From NCBI GenBank assembly GCA_051362555.1, contig CM120640.1, positions 47,408,788-47,472,787 on the forward strand: a stretch of 64,000 bases of DNA, written 5' to 3'. Under the pieces are notes generated by a model. It was not told the origin of the DNA. It made no database searches and saw only the letters and a program-made list of their open reading frames with translations. Below are positions 29,301 through 41,300 of the stretch, in pieces. The translations under genes and the position numbers were made by a program. Position 1 is the first letter of the stretch. Each line of letters opens with the position of its first letter. Source of the stretch: Lingula anatina (Eukaryota > Animalia > Brachiopoda).

Positions 29301-32300
29301 CTGGGCAATATCCAAATGGCCACTGTGGTCATTGATAAGAATGATGATGCCAATGGAATATTTAGTATCTTCAGTAATGACCCGCGTGCCTTGAATGGAG
29401 GAAGGGTGGTGGAAGTGGAGGAGAGAGAGAAACTGTTTGTAGATCTGGTGGTAGAAAGAGGAGGTGGGTTGAAGTGTCGAACATCATAACAGAATACTGT
29501 AAATCTTTCTTCATATACCTTTAAAAAGGTTTTTGAGTAATGGCAAAGAGTAATTATTAATACACACACATGAAACTACGATGTGGGAGTGATCAATTTT
29601 GTGGATGATTAGAAAAATCTTTATGGATGGGGCTGTTTTGTTTTTTGATGGATAAAATTTAAGAAGAATATGTACAACATAATATTAACAAGAATTGATA
29701 AAAATGTGAATGGTTTTAGAAGTATTTCCAAAAGAAGTGTTTATTATAGATAATTATCTGTGGACATTATGAACAATGAATTACTATTCACCTTTTGCAT
29801 TCCTCTTTTTGTATGTTAAGATGTAATAATACTATTTTCACTTTGTGTGTATTCTTACTGAACTGAATCCTCCTACAAATTTTAACCTTATATTTCTTCA
29901 ATCCTGTATATCTAGTTGAGTACATTGATCCACGTAAGTAGATCTGACTTCCTCTCATATACATTTTTACACTTTAATCTTTATATTTGTCAGCTTTTCT
30001 GTGTTTTTCTCTGTTCACATCAGGCTTCTTTATATCAGTGCTGATCTAGAGCTGGTTCAATACATTGAAGTTATTGGGACTTCAGGATTAACAGTTTTTT
30101 TGTATTGGTGAACTGCTATATCAAGACAAGTGCAATAAAATTAAGCTGTTTCTTGGTTGATACAGAACAGATGTAGAGTAGTCTGAAGTGAACAGAACTT
30201 TTTTTCATCTTTTCTATGTTATTACGTGTATCTTATCCATGTAAATAGGTGATTTAAGACAGATGATAATCATTCTAGGTGGTAGTATTGGTGAAGTGTA
30301 TGTAATGTGGTCAGTTGATCAGTCAAGGAGCAATGCTACAAAGGGTATAGACTTTATTGCTGATGGGGCCAGTCTTATATTTGGACCAGGAGAAACTAGA
30401 CGAGGTACAGGTTTTTGGAAATACTGTAATAGTAGTAGTAGTAGTAGTTCATGTAGTAGTAGTCATGACATTTAAGTGTGCCAACCTTTGAAAGGTGGAA
30501 AAATTGTTTAGTTTGAAATACCAATTGTTAATATTTCATCCCAATGCATTAGTGTGAGAATTGCAATTGTTTAAAAGCAGTTTTTTGCAGTTGGTTTTAT
30601 CTGTTATATTTTAGAAATTCCTTTACTTTTTGATTTGATTGTCAATTTATAGGGACAACATTAAATAACATCTCATGTTTCATTCTAGCTCTCACCATTG
30701 GAATCATTGATGATGATGAAGCAGAAGATGATGAGAACATTCTCATCTTTTTATCCAACCCACAAGGTGGCGCTGTAATAGGTCCAAACAATACAGTCAA
30801 TGTGATCATCATGGCCAATGACAACGTAGGAGGAACACTTGGTTTTGCTCAGAGCTCTGTACTGGCTAGGGAGGGTAAGGAGAATATGAGTTAGATAGAG
30901 TTCTTTGCAGTGTGCACTTTTCCTGCTATTTTACTAATTTCCTTATGTTTATTTTAGGGAAAGGGGAATTGCAGAATACATTATATATTCTTGTATAAAC
31001 TAAAGATGTAATGTTCTCATGTATATGCATGTAGTACAATATATTGTTCTCATTCAATCTCATTTTTATTGATTTTAACAAGGGCAGCCATTCTTTGTAA
31101 AAGATCTCTATTTGCAAATTGTTATAATGTTTTTGAGAATTACTTGGTGGTTAGAAAATTGGGAAATGATTTAAAATGATAATACCCTTCCCAGGGGATA
31201 ACCTGACAATGGTTGTTCAGAGGAGTCGCCCAGCTCGTGGTAACGCCAGCATGGACTGGGAAATCAAGGGTTTGAATGGACTGAACCCTGCTCTAGGCTT
31301 CAGGGTGTACCAGGGTTCACTGGTCTTTAAGGAGGTAAAATTGTGTGATATTACATTATTTTATTGATAATATGAGGGATATTATATTTTTGCGCAGCAA
31401 ACTTATGTAGTTTATTTTGAGAAATCAATTAATTGTGATTGAAGGCTTTGAAAAAAGTATGATTGTTGTTTACGACAGTAATTATAGTAAGTTGTTATTG
31501 TAAGTTGCCTCCTATTTATTCCAAATGGATTGTTTATATTAATGTATTGTTTTGTTCCTAATTGATCTAATTATGTTAATCAGGGTGAATTAGAAAAGAC
31601 CATATCATTACACATTCTGGAAGATGCCACTCCAGAGGTCAATGAAGAATACCGCATTTTCCTCAAAAATCTTGTTACATCAGGTAAGCTGTTGCTAAGA
31701 TATTATTGCATGCTTTATGACTTTCATTGTTAAATAAGAAATAAACAAGGATTTACCTTTGGTTTTTTTTTTATACTTATGAAATACAAAGAATACTACT
31801 TTTTGGGAAAATTTATGTTGTGACTAACACAGTTTTACAACTCCTGTTTGTCACGATTTTCACGTTTGTTTGTTTGGTCACATTTTTTTTCATTAAAAAA
31901 TGGGAAGAGTAAGTATCTATCAAATGGTAAAGCAAAAACCCATATTATTCCGTCCTTATTTTTAGCTGAAGTTGTAATTTAAAGTATCATTTTAACTGTA
32001 TTATATTGTTCCATGTGTCTGTAATCTAATGAATGGATTTTATTATGGTATGTATCTGGACAAGAACTGAATATTAGTAGACAATATTCCTTTTAGATTA
32101 GTTGCTGAAATTAGCAGTTAATTTTTCTTATAGATTTTTGTTTTGGGCATTTATTTTTATTGCTTATGGATGAAAATAAAATATTTTATTGGTTAGATTA
32201 GATAAAATAGGATGGCCTTTCATCTGCTCCTGTCTTATTTCACTATATATATATATATAGTTTCTTGAGAAGGACATCTATTGCATGAGCTGGCAAGCAA

Positions 32301-35300
32301 CAACATAAAGGATCATAAAATTAATGCCAACATTTTTGAAATTGTTTTTCAATCTGTGATTTTTTTTTCTTTGATCAGGCTGATCATGACTTTTCCATGC
32401 TATTTTATGTTTTGTTTTACATATCTTTTCTTTTGCTTTACAGGAAGGGAAATATGTTTTCTCTCATTGGAAGTTTTTCATTTTTGTTAACTTTCTACTA
32501 TTGTTTCAGCACAACTTCTTAGATGTGTGTGTGTGTATGCATTTGACCAAGATAAATTGATAGGACTACAGAAAAGAAATAGAGTCTTCTGTATCAGTGG
32601 AATGAAGTCTTTGATTTGTTTTCAGTTGTATTTTATGGACATACTGATTAAGACATTGAAAATTCTAACTTTTCACAAATACAATATCTTTGTTGATTGT
32701 ATATAAATTTATATTTTTATTAGGAGGGTATTTAATCATAATGTATGTAAATATACAATTTGCAAAATTAGAAGTAATTCCTTATGACTCATTTGTGTTT
32801 TGAGACAATCTACTTGTTATGGGTTTGATGAAAAAAAAGGGGGGGAGGAAATGTACATTCAACAATGTTCTAATTTCCTACAACATCTCATTTTTAGCTT
32901 GTGTTGCAAAGACAGAAATTACTTGAGACATGATTAACAAAGATTTCAATATGAAAAAAATGAGAAAATCAAAATTATTCATCAATCGCTTCAGGTGTCC
33001 GACAAACAGGAGAAGCCATCTTGGATCCCCAGAGCTATGTGGCCAGTATTACAATCCAGGGCAGTAATGATCCCCATGGCGTGTTCCAGTTTGCCTCCAG
33101 CTCCATGCTGGTACACACACCAGAGGCCAATACCACAGTGCAGCTCATGGTGGACAGAAAGTTTGGAGCTATAGGTAACTTGAAATAGTAACATTGTGGC
33201 TTTTGGATATGGCAAGTGTTTTATGGAAGAAAATATAGACCAGTTACAGGGGTACAGTTCTCAAATAATAAGACAGTTAAATACATCTTTTGAGCAAAAA
33301 TAAAGAAGATGAAATTTGAAAATGTAAACGAGTGTTGCTCAAGGTAAAATGCAACTGTAACCCAATGTATCATGCAATGGTCAGTGATGAATGAACATTG
33401 AAGTATCAGAATATATGTTTGACTTTTCAGAATTAAATAATGCCTGTCTTGTTTTTCAGGGGACATTCGTGTATACTATGAAATCAAGAAAGGTTCAGTC
33501 AGTAATCTGAATGTGAACAAAATATTGGCAGAACCAGGTCAAGATTTTGTTCCCAAGACTGGCAGTATAGTTATCCATGATGGAGCAAACTCTGGTAATA
33601 TAGAGGTCCAGATTGTAGATGATGAGGCCCCAGAGGTGGATGAAGTGTTCATTGTTAGTCTGACCAGAGTGGAGAAAGTGAACCCTGATAACAGCACATT
33701 TGAACCATCACTTGGTAGGTGTTAAGCCATATTTCCATTCAGGTTGGTTCAGCCTATCTTAGTGTGCTTTGTCTAATTATGATCAGTTTATAATTGCCTT
33801 AGGAAATCAATTTAAAGGCAGGCAACTTATTTAAGGGATTAGAAAATAAAGAACACATTTTTCTGCTGCACATCTAATTCAAAGTCAACAATAGCTTTTG
33901 CTTTATTTCTAGTGATGAAATAGATAAGATACAATATCAATAGCAGCCTGTCATATAAAAAGATAATTGTAACTTAGATTGGGTTTCAGATATGTTTTAC
34001 AAGTATCTGATGTTGAAATTGTTTACATATTTATTTTTAGCATCAGCTGACATTACTGCTGAAGTCCTTATAAGCGCTAATGATGGCACTAAAGGAGAGG
34101 TTTACTTTCCTGCTGATTCTGCCAGGTAATCTTCAACCTCCTGAATATTTTTGCAGGGAACATAATCCTTTTAAAATCATGTTTCATCTAACATGAAGGA
34201 ACATGTTTCTATGGCTATTTCTGCATTTAGTTTCACAGCAAGCCATAGGAAGTGTAATTGAGAGGTTGATAGATATGGCCAATGATTTTTATAACCAATG
34301 ATGACTTATTACAGGATTACAGTCAATGAAACCAATGTAAACTTCTCCCTGACCATAGTTCGAGGACGCGGAACCTTTGGCAATGTGTCTGTGTTTGTAT
34401 ATGCCAGGAGCTTAGGGGAAGGAGCAAGGACAGAACAGGACTACTCTGTGAAGACACAGGTAATTAACTGGAGGTGATAACTTATCATCTTGTCACAGTC
34501 AATTATTACACAAATCATGAGTGAATGCATCCAGTTCCAGTAGTAGTAGTAGTAGTAAATGAGGAATATAAGTGAATCAAGTACTCATCAAGGTTTGGTC
34601 AGTAACTTGTGAAAGGTCTCAAATTGAGATTTTTATTTTCAGTTGTTGTTGATTAAATAGTTCCTGTATTTGATTCTGAATCACTTATTTTCCTTACATT
34701 TATTAATGTTGTAGAGTTGTTTTTTTATGCTTTTGTGTCATTTTGATACCTATAGGTCCATTTTAAAAAGTTAACATAGAAATTGTTTAAATAAGTAGTA
34801 CTACATGTAACAGTGAGATCACCTTATACTTCACAGGATGTGGTATTCCTTGATGGAGAAACCACCAAACAGGTTATGGTTCAGGTGTTTGATGATAATG
34901 AAGCAGAGGCAGATGAACAATTTGAAGTGGTATTAGCTAGCCCCAAGGAAGGTTTACTGTTGGGAGAGCCACACAGAGGTAGGTGCACCAGCTAACTTTC
35001 ATCTCTTTCTGCTGTCATATTTGTTGATGAAAGAATCATATAATGTATGATACAGTTAAATTGATGATGTTTAACAAAATATGATTAGTTATATTTCAGA
35101 TGTATGATATGGAGACATATTACAGTGTGCTAGTTTCATTGCTAGATTAATATATCATTTTGATTTTAAAATCAAATTCATGGAACTAAAGATGATATGG
35201 TCTGTTTTATATGTACAAAAGTATTTTCTCTGACATGTTTCTTTTAAATATATCTTATGTTTGAAAGATAGTTGGAAAATTATGGTGTCTTACAAATAAA

Positions 35301-38300
35301 ACCACTGGTAGATTTTGGTCACAGAATTGTGCATATTTGAATTTGTGTAATTTTCCTACTTTTCATGTGTTTGTTATCATAAGGCCATTTCATGATTGTT
35401 GTAACTCTCTGTGCTAATCTTGACTTTACCTTTGCTTCCTATAGCTCTCATAACCATCCTTGGAAGTCTTAGTCTCACCACTCCTGTGAGCTTATCTGCT
35501 AGTGCTACTACTACTACTACTACTACTGCCACTACTACAACAGCCATTGCTACTACTACTACTACTACTTCTAATTTCACACTACTAAATACCACTATAG
35601 TGTTATCAGCATCTACTAACTATTTACAACTAACATCAACAGTGTCAGATGTGCATGGTTTCGATAGTTTTACTGATGCTGCAACTTCCACCGCTCTGAC
35701 GTCTGCTACAGTTCAATTTGAGACTACAAGCAGTTCCAGCCCCACTCCTTTTACTAACAGATCTTTAACAACAAGTACAAAAATTCTACTAATTTTACTA
35801 TGAATAACATAAATTTAACAAGTGATTAGATTAGATATTTTTAAGGCAATTAATTAAATTTAACTTATATATTTCATTAGAGAACAGTGAAAATACTTAT
35901 TTAATATTTTCTACAGAATGAAGATATTTTTGCATGTGTTAGTGTTGGATGTTCCAGTACACCACAGCTAAACTCATATTCTTTGTAACACTAAGAACCT
36001 TTGTCTTTGATCTTTTTCAAGGAAATTTTGCATGGGTGTAGAAATATTTCAGACTTCATGCACAGGGAAACTACAGAAAACATGATACTCACTTGCACTA
36101 CATGTACATTTACTTCATGCATGGAATAATGACTGATGTAGAAAGGCTCACAGAAAAATCTTCTCTGCCATGAAAAATCAGGAGATATGATTTTATTTAT
36201 ATAAATTAGGAATTTATAGCTTGATATATTTTAAACATATATTTCTAATTTTCTGTTTTTGATGTAATCATGTTTATCTTCCATGGCAGAAAGGTGTAAA
36301 TAAAAGATGGCAGTACCAGCCTTAAATGTTTCAGACTAGAATTGATGTTTCTATTTGTCATTCAGTGGTCATTCTTGTGCTCTCTCTTGCCTCCTCAACC
36401 CCTCTTCCCATGATCAATTTAAAACTACCTGAATGTTTCAGACCATCATGTCCATCTTATCTAAAATATCTGTTTCACATTAGTATATGTGTAGTAGTCA
36501 CATTTCCATTCCCCCCTTTTCTGTCACACATATGTGCAACTTCTATTCATGCATTCATGACTGTTTTGATAATGTTATTTCATTTTCAGGCCTGCTATAA
36601 TAGCGTGCACAATTCTATTTATATTGATAACTTTGAAAGTGTAACAAGTGCAACAGGCACTGTTTCATATCCCTTTTCTTTTGAAAATTGGAATTGCAAC
36701 AATGATATATATATATATATATATATCAACAATTAATTATTTCATGACACAGATTTTGAAAAATAATTACATAGCCTCTGTTATTGCTTTTGGAAAAAAT
36801 CTTGTTTTACCCTGCACAAACAACAATTTTAAATCTAAAACTATGAATGTTATAGTAATCATAGAATTGCCTGTAAGACTACACATACTTGGTGCATGCA
36901 TGCATGTGACCACACTCACTAGACACTACAATACATACAGTGTTTGCATCTACCAGTGTGCTAAAAACTGTTTATATGACAAGACATATATTTTTTTTAA
37001 TAATTCAAAGAAAAACTGAATACATGCAGGTCTTGGGTTATCTGTCTCTGGCTCATAATATGATAGTGGCACAAGTAGTTGCAAACACTGTTTTATACCT
37101 TGATGTGTGACTCAGTTTAATGTCTCGCCTGTTGTTTTCAGCTGTCATTACTATCACAGCCAATGATGGAGCTGGGGGGACTGTCAACTTTGACTCTGAT
37201 GCCAACATCACCCTGGTGGAACCCACCGGTGCCAACACCCTGGGAAGCAAGGCAGAACTCAGGCTAACTAGGGGCCCTGGGGTGTTTGGGGTGGTGGTTG
37301 TGCCATTTTTAGTTCTGGCTTCCAAGGGTGGAAATGTCACTGATGTCACACCTGTAGATGGCTTTGTTACTTTTCAAGATAGAGAGGTGGGTGGATGATA
37401 TTCAAAAAGAATACAAAACTAATCTTAGATGTTAAATAAAAATCAAAGTCATAGTACTTGTTTTGAATTCTGTTTCTACAGTCACCCTGCCTTGAGGAGA
37501 ATCATCATCATCATCATCATTCATCATTTAGATGAATGAGGAGAATGAGTTGGCAGAATGTACATGTATGTAAACCACTTAGGGATTGAACACTTGTTCA
37601 TTTCTGATTGTAATCTTTAGCAACTGACCCCTGAAGGACTTTCTATTCACCTGGTCATTGTTAAAGGTGAACTTGTGAAGTCATTAGGGCATATGTGAAC
37701 TGGGTGACAACTGAAGTCTGACAGTCAAGACTGGACTATTGTCTCTACATGTATGCTATATAGTATCTTTGCCTCATCATTTCAACTGAGATTAGACCAC
37801 GGTGGAAGTAAAGAACAAAAGACTCAGACATGGTGTAACTGGCATAACCACACTTCTTGCATGAATGCGTTATAACCCGCTAATGGACCCGTGCTCTAAA
37901 TAAGATAGATCCCTCATCAACGAGGGTTATGTGACATCTACTTGTGCTTTGCATTCGTGTATGCCACATAACCCTCGCTGACTCGGGGTCTATCTATTAC
38001 TTGGAAATAGAACTTATTGTGAGCTGATATATGAGGGAGCTTCACCCAAGGAAAGAAGGTCAGTCAAAAGGAGAACGTAGATTTCACTTCATTTGTCTGT
38101 TGTAGTAGATGGGACTGCTTTAGCAGAAAAGTAATTGATTTAGGTGATCTGTGCAAAAATGTTTAAATAGCTGAATTTATTAACACATACTTCTTTCACT
38201 TTTGTAGGGCAGCAGAGTGCTTCAGATCTCAGCTGTAGCAGACAACATTCCTGAATTACTTGAGGCATTCACTGTGATTCTGGGACCACCTCAAGGGGGA

Positions 38301-41300
38301 GCCACATTAGGCAATGTCAGACATAGAACTATTTTTATTGCTGAAAATGATTCACCTTATGGTTTAATGCAGATATATCCTATGGGAATGAGGTATGCTT
38401 ATATATGTTTTGAAAAATAAAAAAACACTGTTTATTTCTAGGTTGATGGTGATTTAGTGCCAAATGTCGATGAACGTGCAAATCATACTCTTTAGTTTCT
38501 TAAAAGATGATATTAATTTTTGATATATACTAATTGTTTTTTTTTTAATAATTAATAATGAAGATATTTACCTTTAAATTTTAGATTGAAAACCTATTTG
38601 AGAACATCCAGTAAAAATCAGCCTCTTCTAGTCCCATTTCTTTCAGAAATAGTAGCATAAGTATGGGTCAAGTCCATTAAGTTCTAGATTGATGACCTAT
38701 TTGAGAACATCCAATATTAATCAGTCTCCTCTAATGCCATTTTTTCAGGAATAGCAGCATAAGTGTTGAAGAAAGTGTGGGTCAAGTTTACTTTGAAATA
38801 ATTCGATCTCAAGGCCTTCTTGGTCGTGTAACAGTAGATGTCGCCACCAGGTCTGACAGTGCTCAGCAATCCCAGCTTGTTTTTGGTGTCAACCTCACCC
38901 TGTCTTCAACACAAACCATAAAATCCACAGGAGCAAGCAGTTGGCACAGTTTCAAGATGGCAGACATGAGTTATGCCTTGTTGGTGAATAGTCATAATGC
39001 TAGAGGGTTCAATACAACCATAGGGAGTGATGGTTCTGCAGGATTCTTGACTGCCAATGATATACGTACATCTGTGATCTATAGATGGCAAGGAGTCTAT
39101 GTGCCCATACAGGTAATTAATGGAAGGAGTGCACTTTGACAGTATTGCTTTGGGCTTCTTTGCTAGCCGGTTTGGTATTGTAACTGATTACGTTTTTCTG
39201 CTGTCTCAATTATAATGTGTCTGAAACTGGATTTAACAATATTTTTTCATGACAATAACAACAATAACAATATTTTTTTATGAGCCTAGATTTTATGTTT
39301 TTGTTAGTGCATTTCAATGTATATGGCATATGGTTAAAAGTTGTCTTTAAATTTTTATTGATGTACTAATTATTTATTTTGTATTGTTCATTTTATGCAT
39401 TGATTGATTGTTGTTTTCAGACTATTGAAACAGATGGTGGTACCAAAGCCACCACATTCACATATACAAGCCGTGAATATATCATCATAGCTAACCATGG
39501 CAGCCTGGGGAGATATGAGACTTATACAAGAGTGTATGCAGTACTGGATTCTGGGACCTTACAAGTGGTAGTTAAACAGTTATTATAAGTTGATTTAAGC
39601 ATATATATTTTATAAGACATATTTTGGCACTTAAGTCTCCAATCTTTTCCTTGTTGAGGACTTTGTATAGAGAATTCGAAAGGGGGTGGTGGTGTAGAAC
39701 TGTTCATGGTTACTCTCCACATAAGATATCTCTGAGCACTGAATGATATATTAGGTAAGTACTTTGGGCAATTTCAGTGCATGTCCCATGTTTCAAAGAT
39801 GTCAATTTGTACCCCAAAACCTTTACTTTTATTAATATCCTCCACTAGCTTCAAGACATTCCATCCAGAGGTGCCAAGGATGTTACAGTGTTCACAGCAG
39901 GGGGGCAGAATTACCTGGTGATAGCCAACTATATAGATAATAACATGAACACCAATATAGACAGTGCAGTATACCAGTGGGATATGAACAACAGGAGGTT
40001 TATAAACACACCTGTACAGGTATTATATGATAAGGAAACCTGTGATTGATCAGTATATTACATAAGACATATTTTGGCACTTAAGTCTCCAATCTTCTCC
40101 TTGTTGAGGACTTAGCATAGAGAATTCGAATGTAAGATTTCTCAATTTTGCTGGTTCAGGAAAATTTGAAGAATTAACTTTTTGTTGCATCTGTCGGACT
40201 TGATTGATGGATTCATATATTCAAAAAAGATTTATAAATGTGAAAAATATAAACTTAAAAGTTTGAAAGTGAAGACCTTTTGCACACATGATCTGGGATT
40301 TGTAGTAAATACATACAAATATTATTTGTGTTTTTTAATTTACAGATGTTGTCCACACATGGAGCTTCATCTGTGACCACCTTTGAAATATCAGGGGTCA
40401 CCTACCTGGCTGTAGCTAACCACTATGATTCCCAGCAGCAAGATTATGAAATAGAGTAAGCGACAGTACTATGAATGTACACTTTTAGAAAAAAATTAGT
40501 TTTACTTTGAGTTAGATTTTCAGTGTGAAAAAAAGTACAAAGTAACAACGGTGGAAAGTGGTGGTTTAGTATTGGTATTTTGAGATCAGTTAGTTCTATG
40601 GATGTGGAAGAAAAGGTTGTATGAAATCTCATGATTAAGTGCATGATGATTACATTGGGATTAGTCTCTATAAATATTTTGCAATCTAATGTGATGAGCA
40701 TATATTATGAAATATGAAAGTTCCCTTAACTTTTTTTCAGTTCTGTGATTTTCAAGTTAGGAACAGACAACCGTTTCACTCTTCACCAGTCAATTCCCAG
40801 TAAGGGTGCAACTGCAGTGGAAGCCTTTACTGTTGGTGCCACCACCTATTTAATGATTGGAAACAATAGGAATAATGCTCAAAACAGCCAACAGATGTCA
40901 GCACTTTACAAATGGGAAAATAATGCCTTTGTAAAGCAGCAAGATATCACTACCAATGGGGTCCAGAGTATTAAGTCATATGTAGCCAATAATGGTATAC
41001 GTAAGTAACTGATATTGAAAGTGCTTTCCTGAACTCTTTTTGGGCACATCACACATCAGCTTGGAGCTACTAGTTGACATCTGGTAAACTTCAAAAAGAT
41101 TTGAGAAAAGTAATTCTAGTATGTTTTGCAAAAATAATGTGAATTTTTGTACTCCTTGTTTGTGCTCATATCAGATGTGATTGTTTTAATTTACAGTCGA
41201 GATTGTTAACTGGGATTTTATGCCCTCATTTATTCAGAAAATGTTTAATAGGAACACATTTATCTACTTTGAAACATTTGATTTGACTCTAGAATAATAT

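Noticed and set aside
29159-29569. Antisense ORFs over ADGRV1 exons (also 37053-37349, 45908-46195, 23185-23385, 30642-30824)
   Set aside because: They are shadow frames of real exons with no independent domain or splice support.
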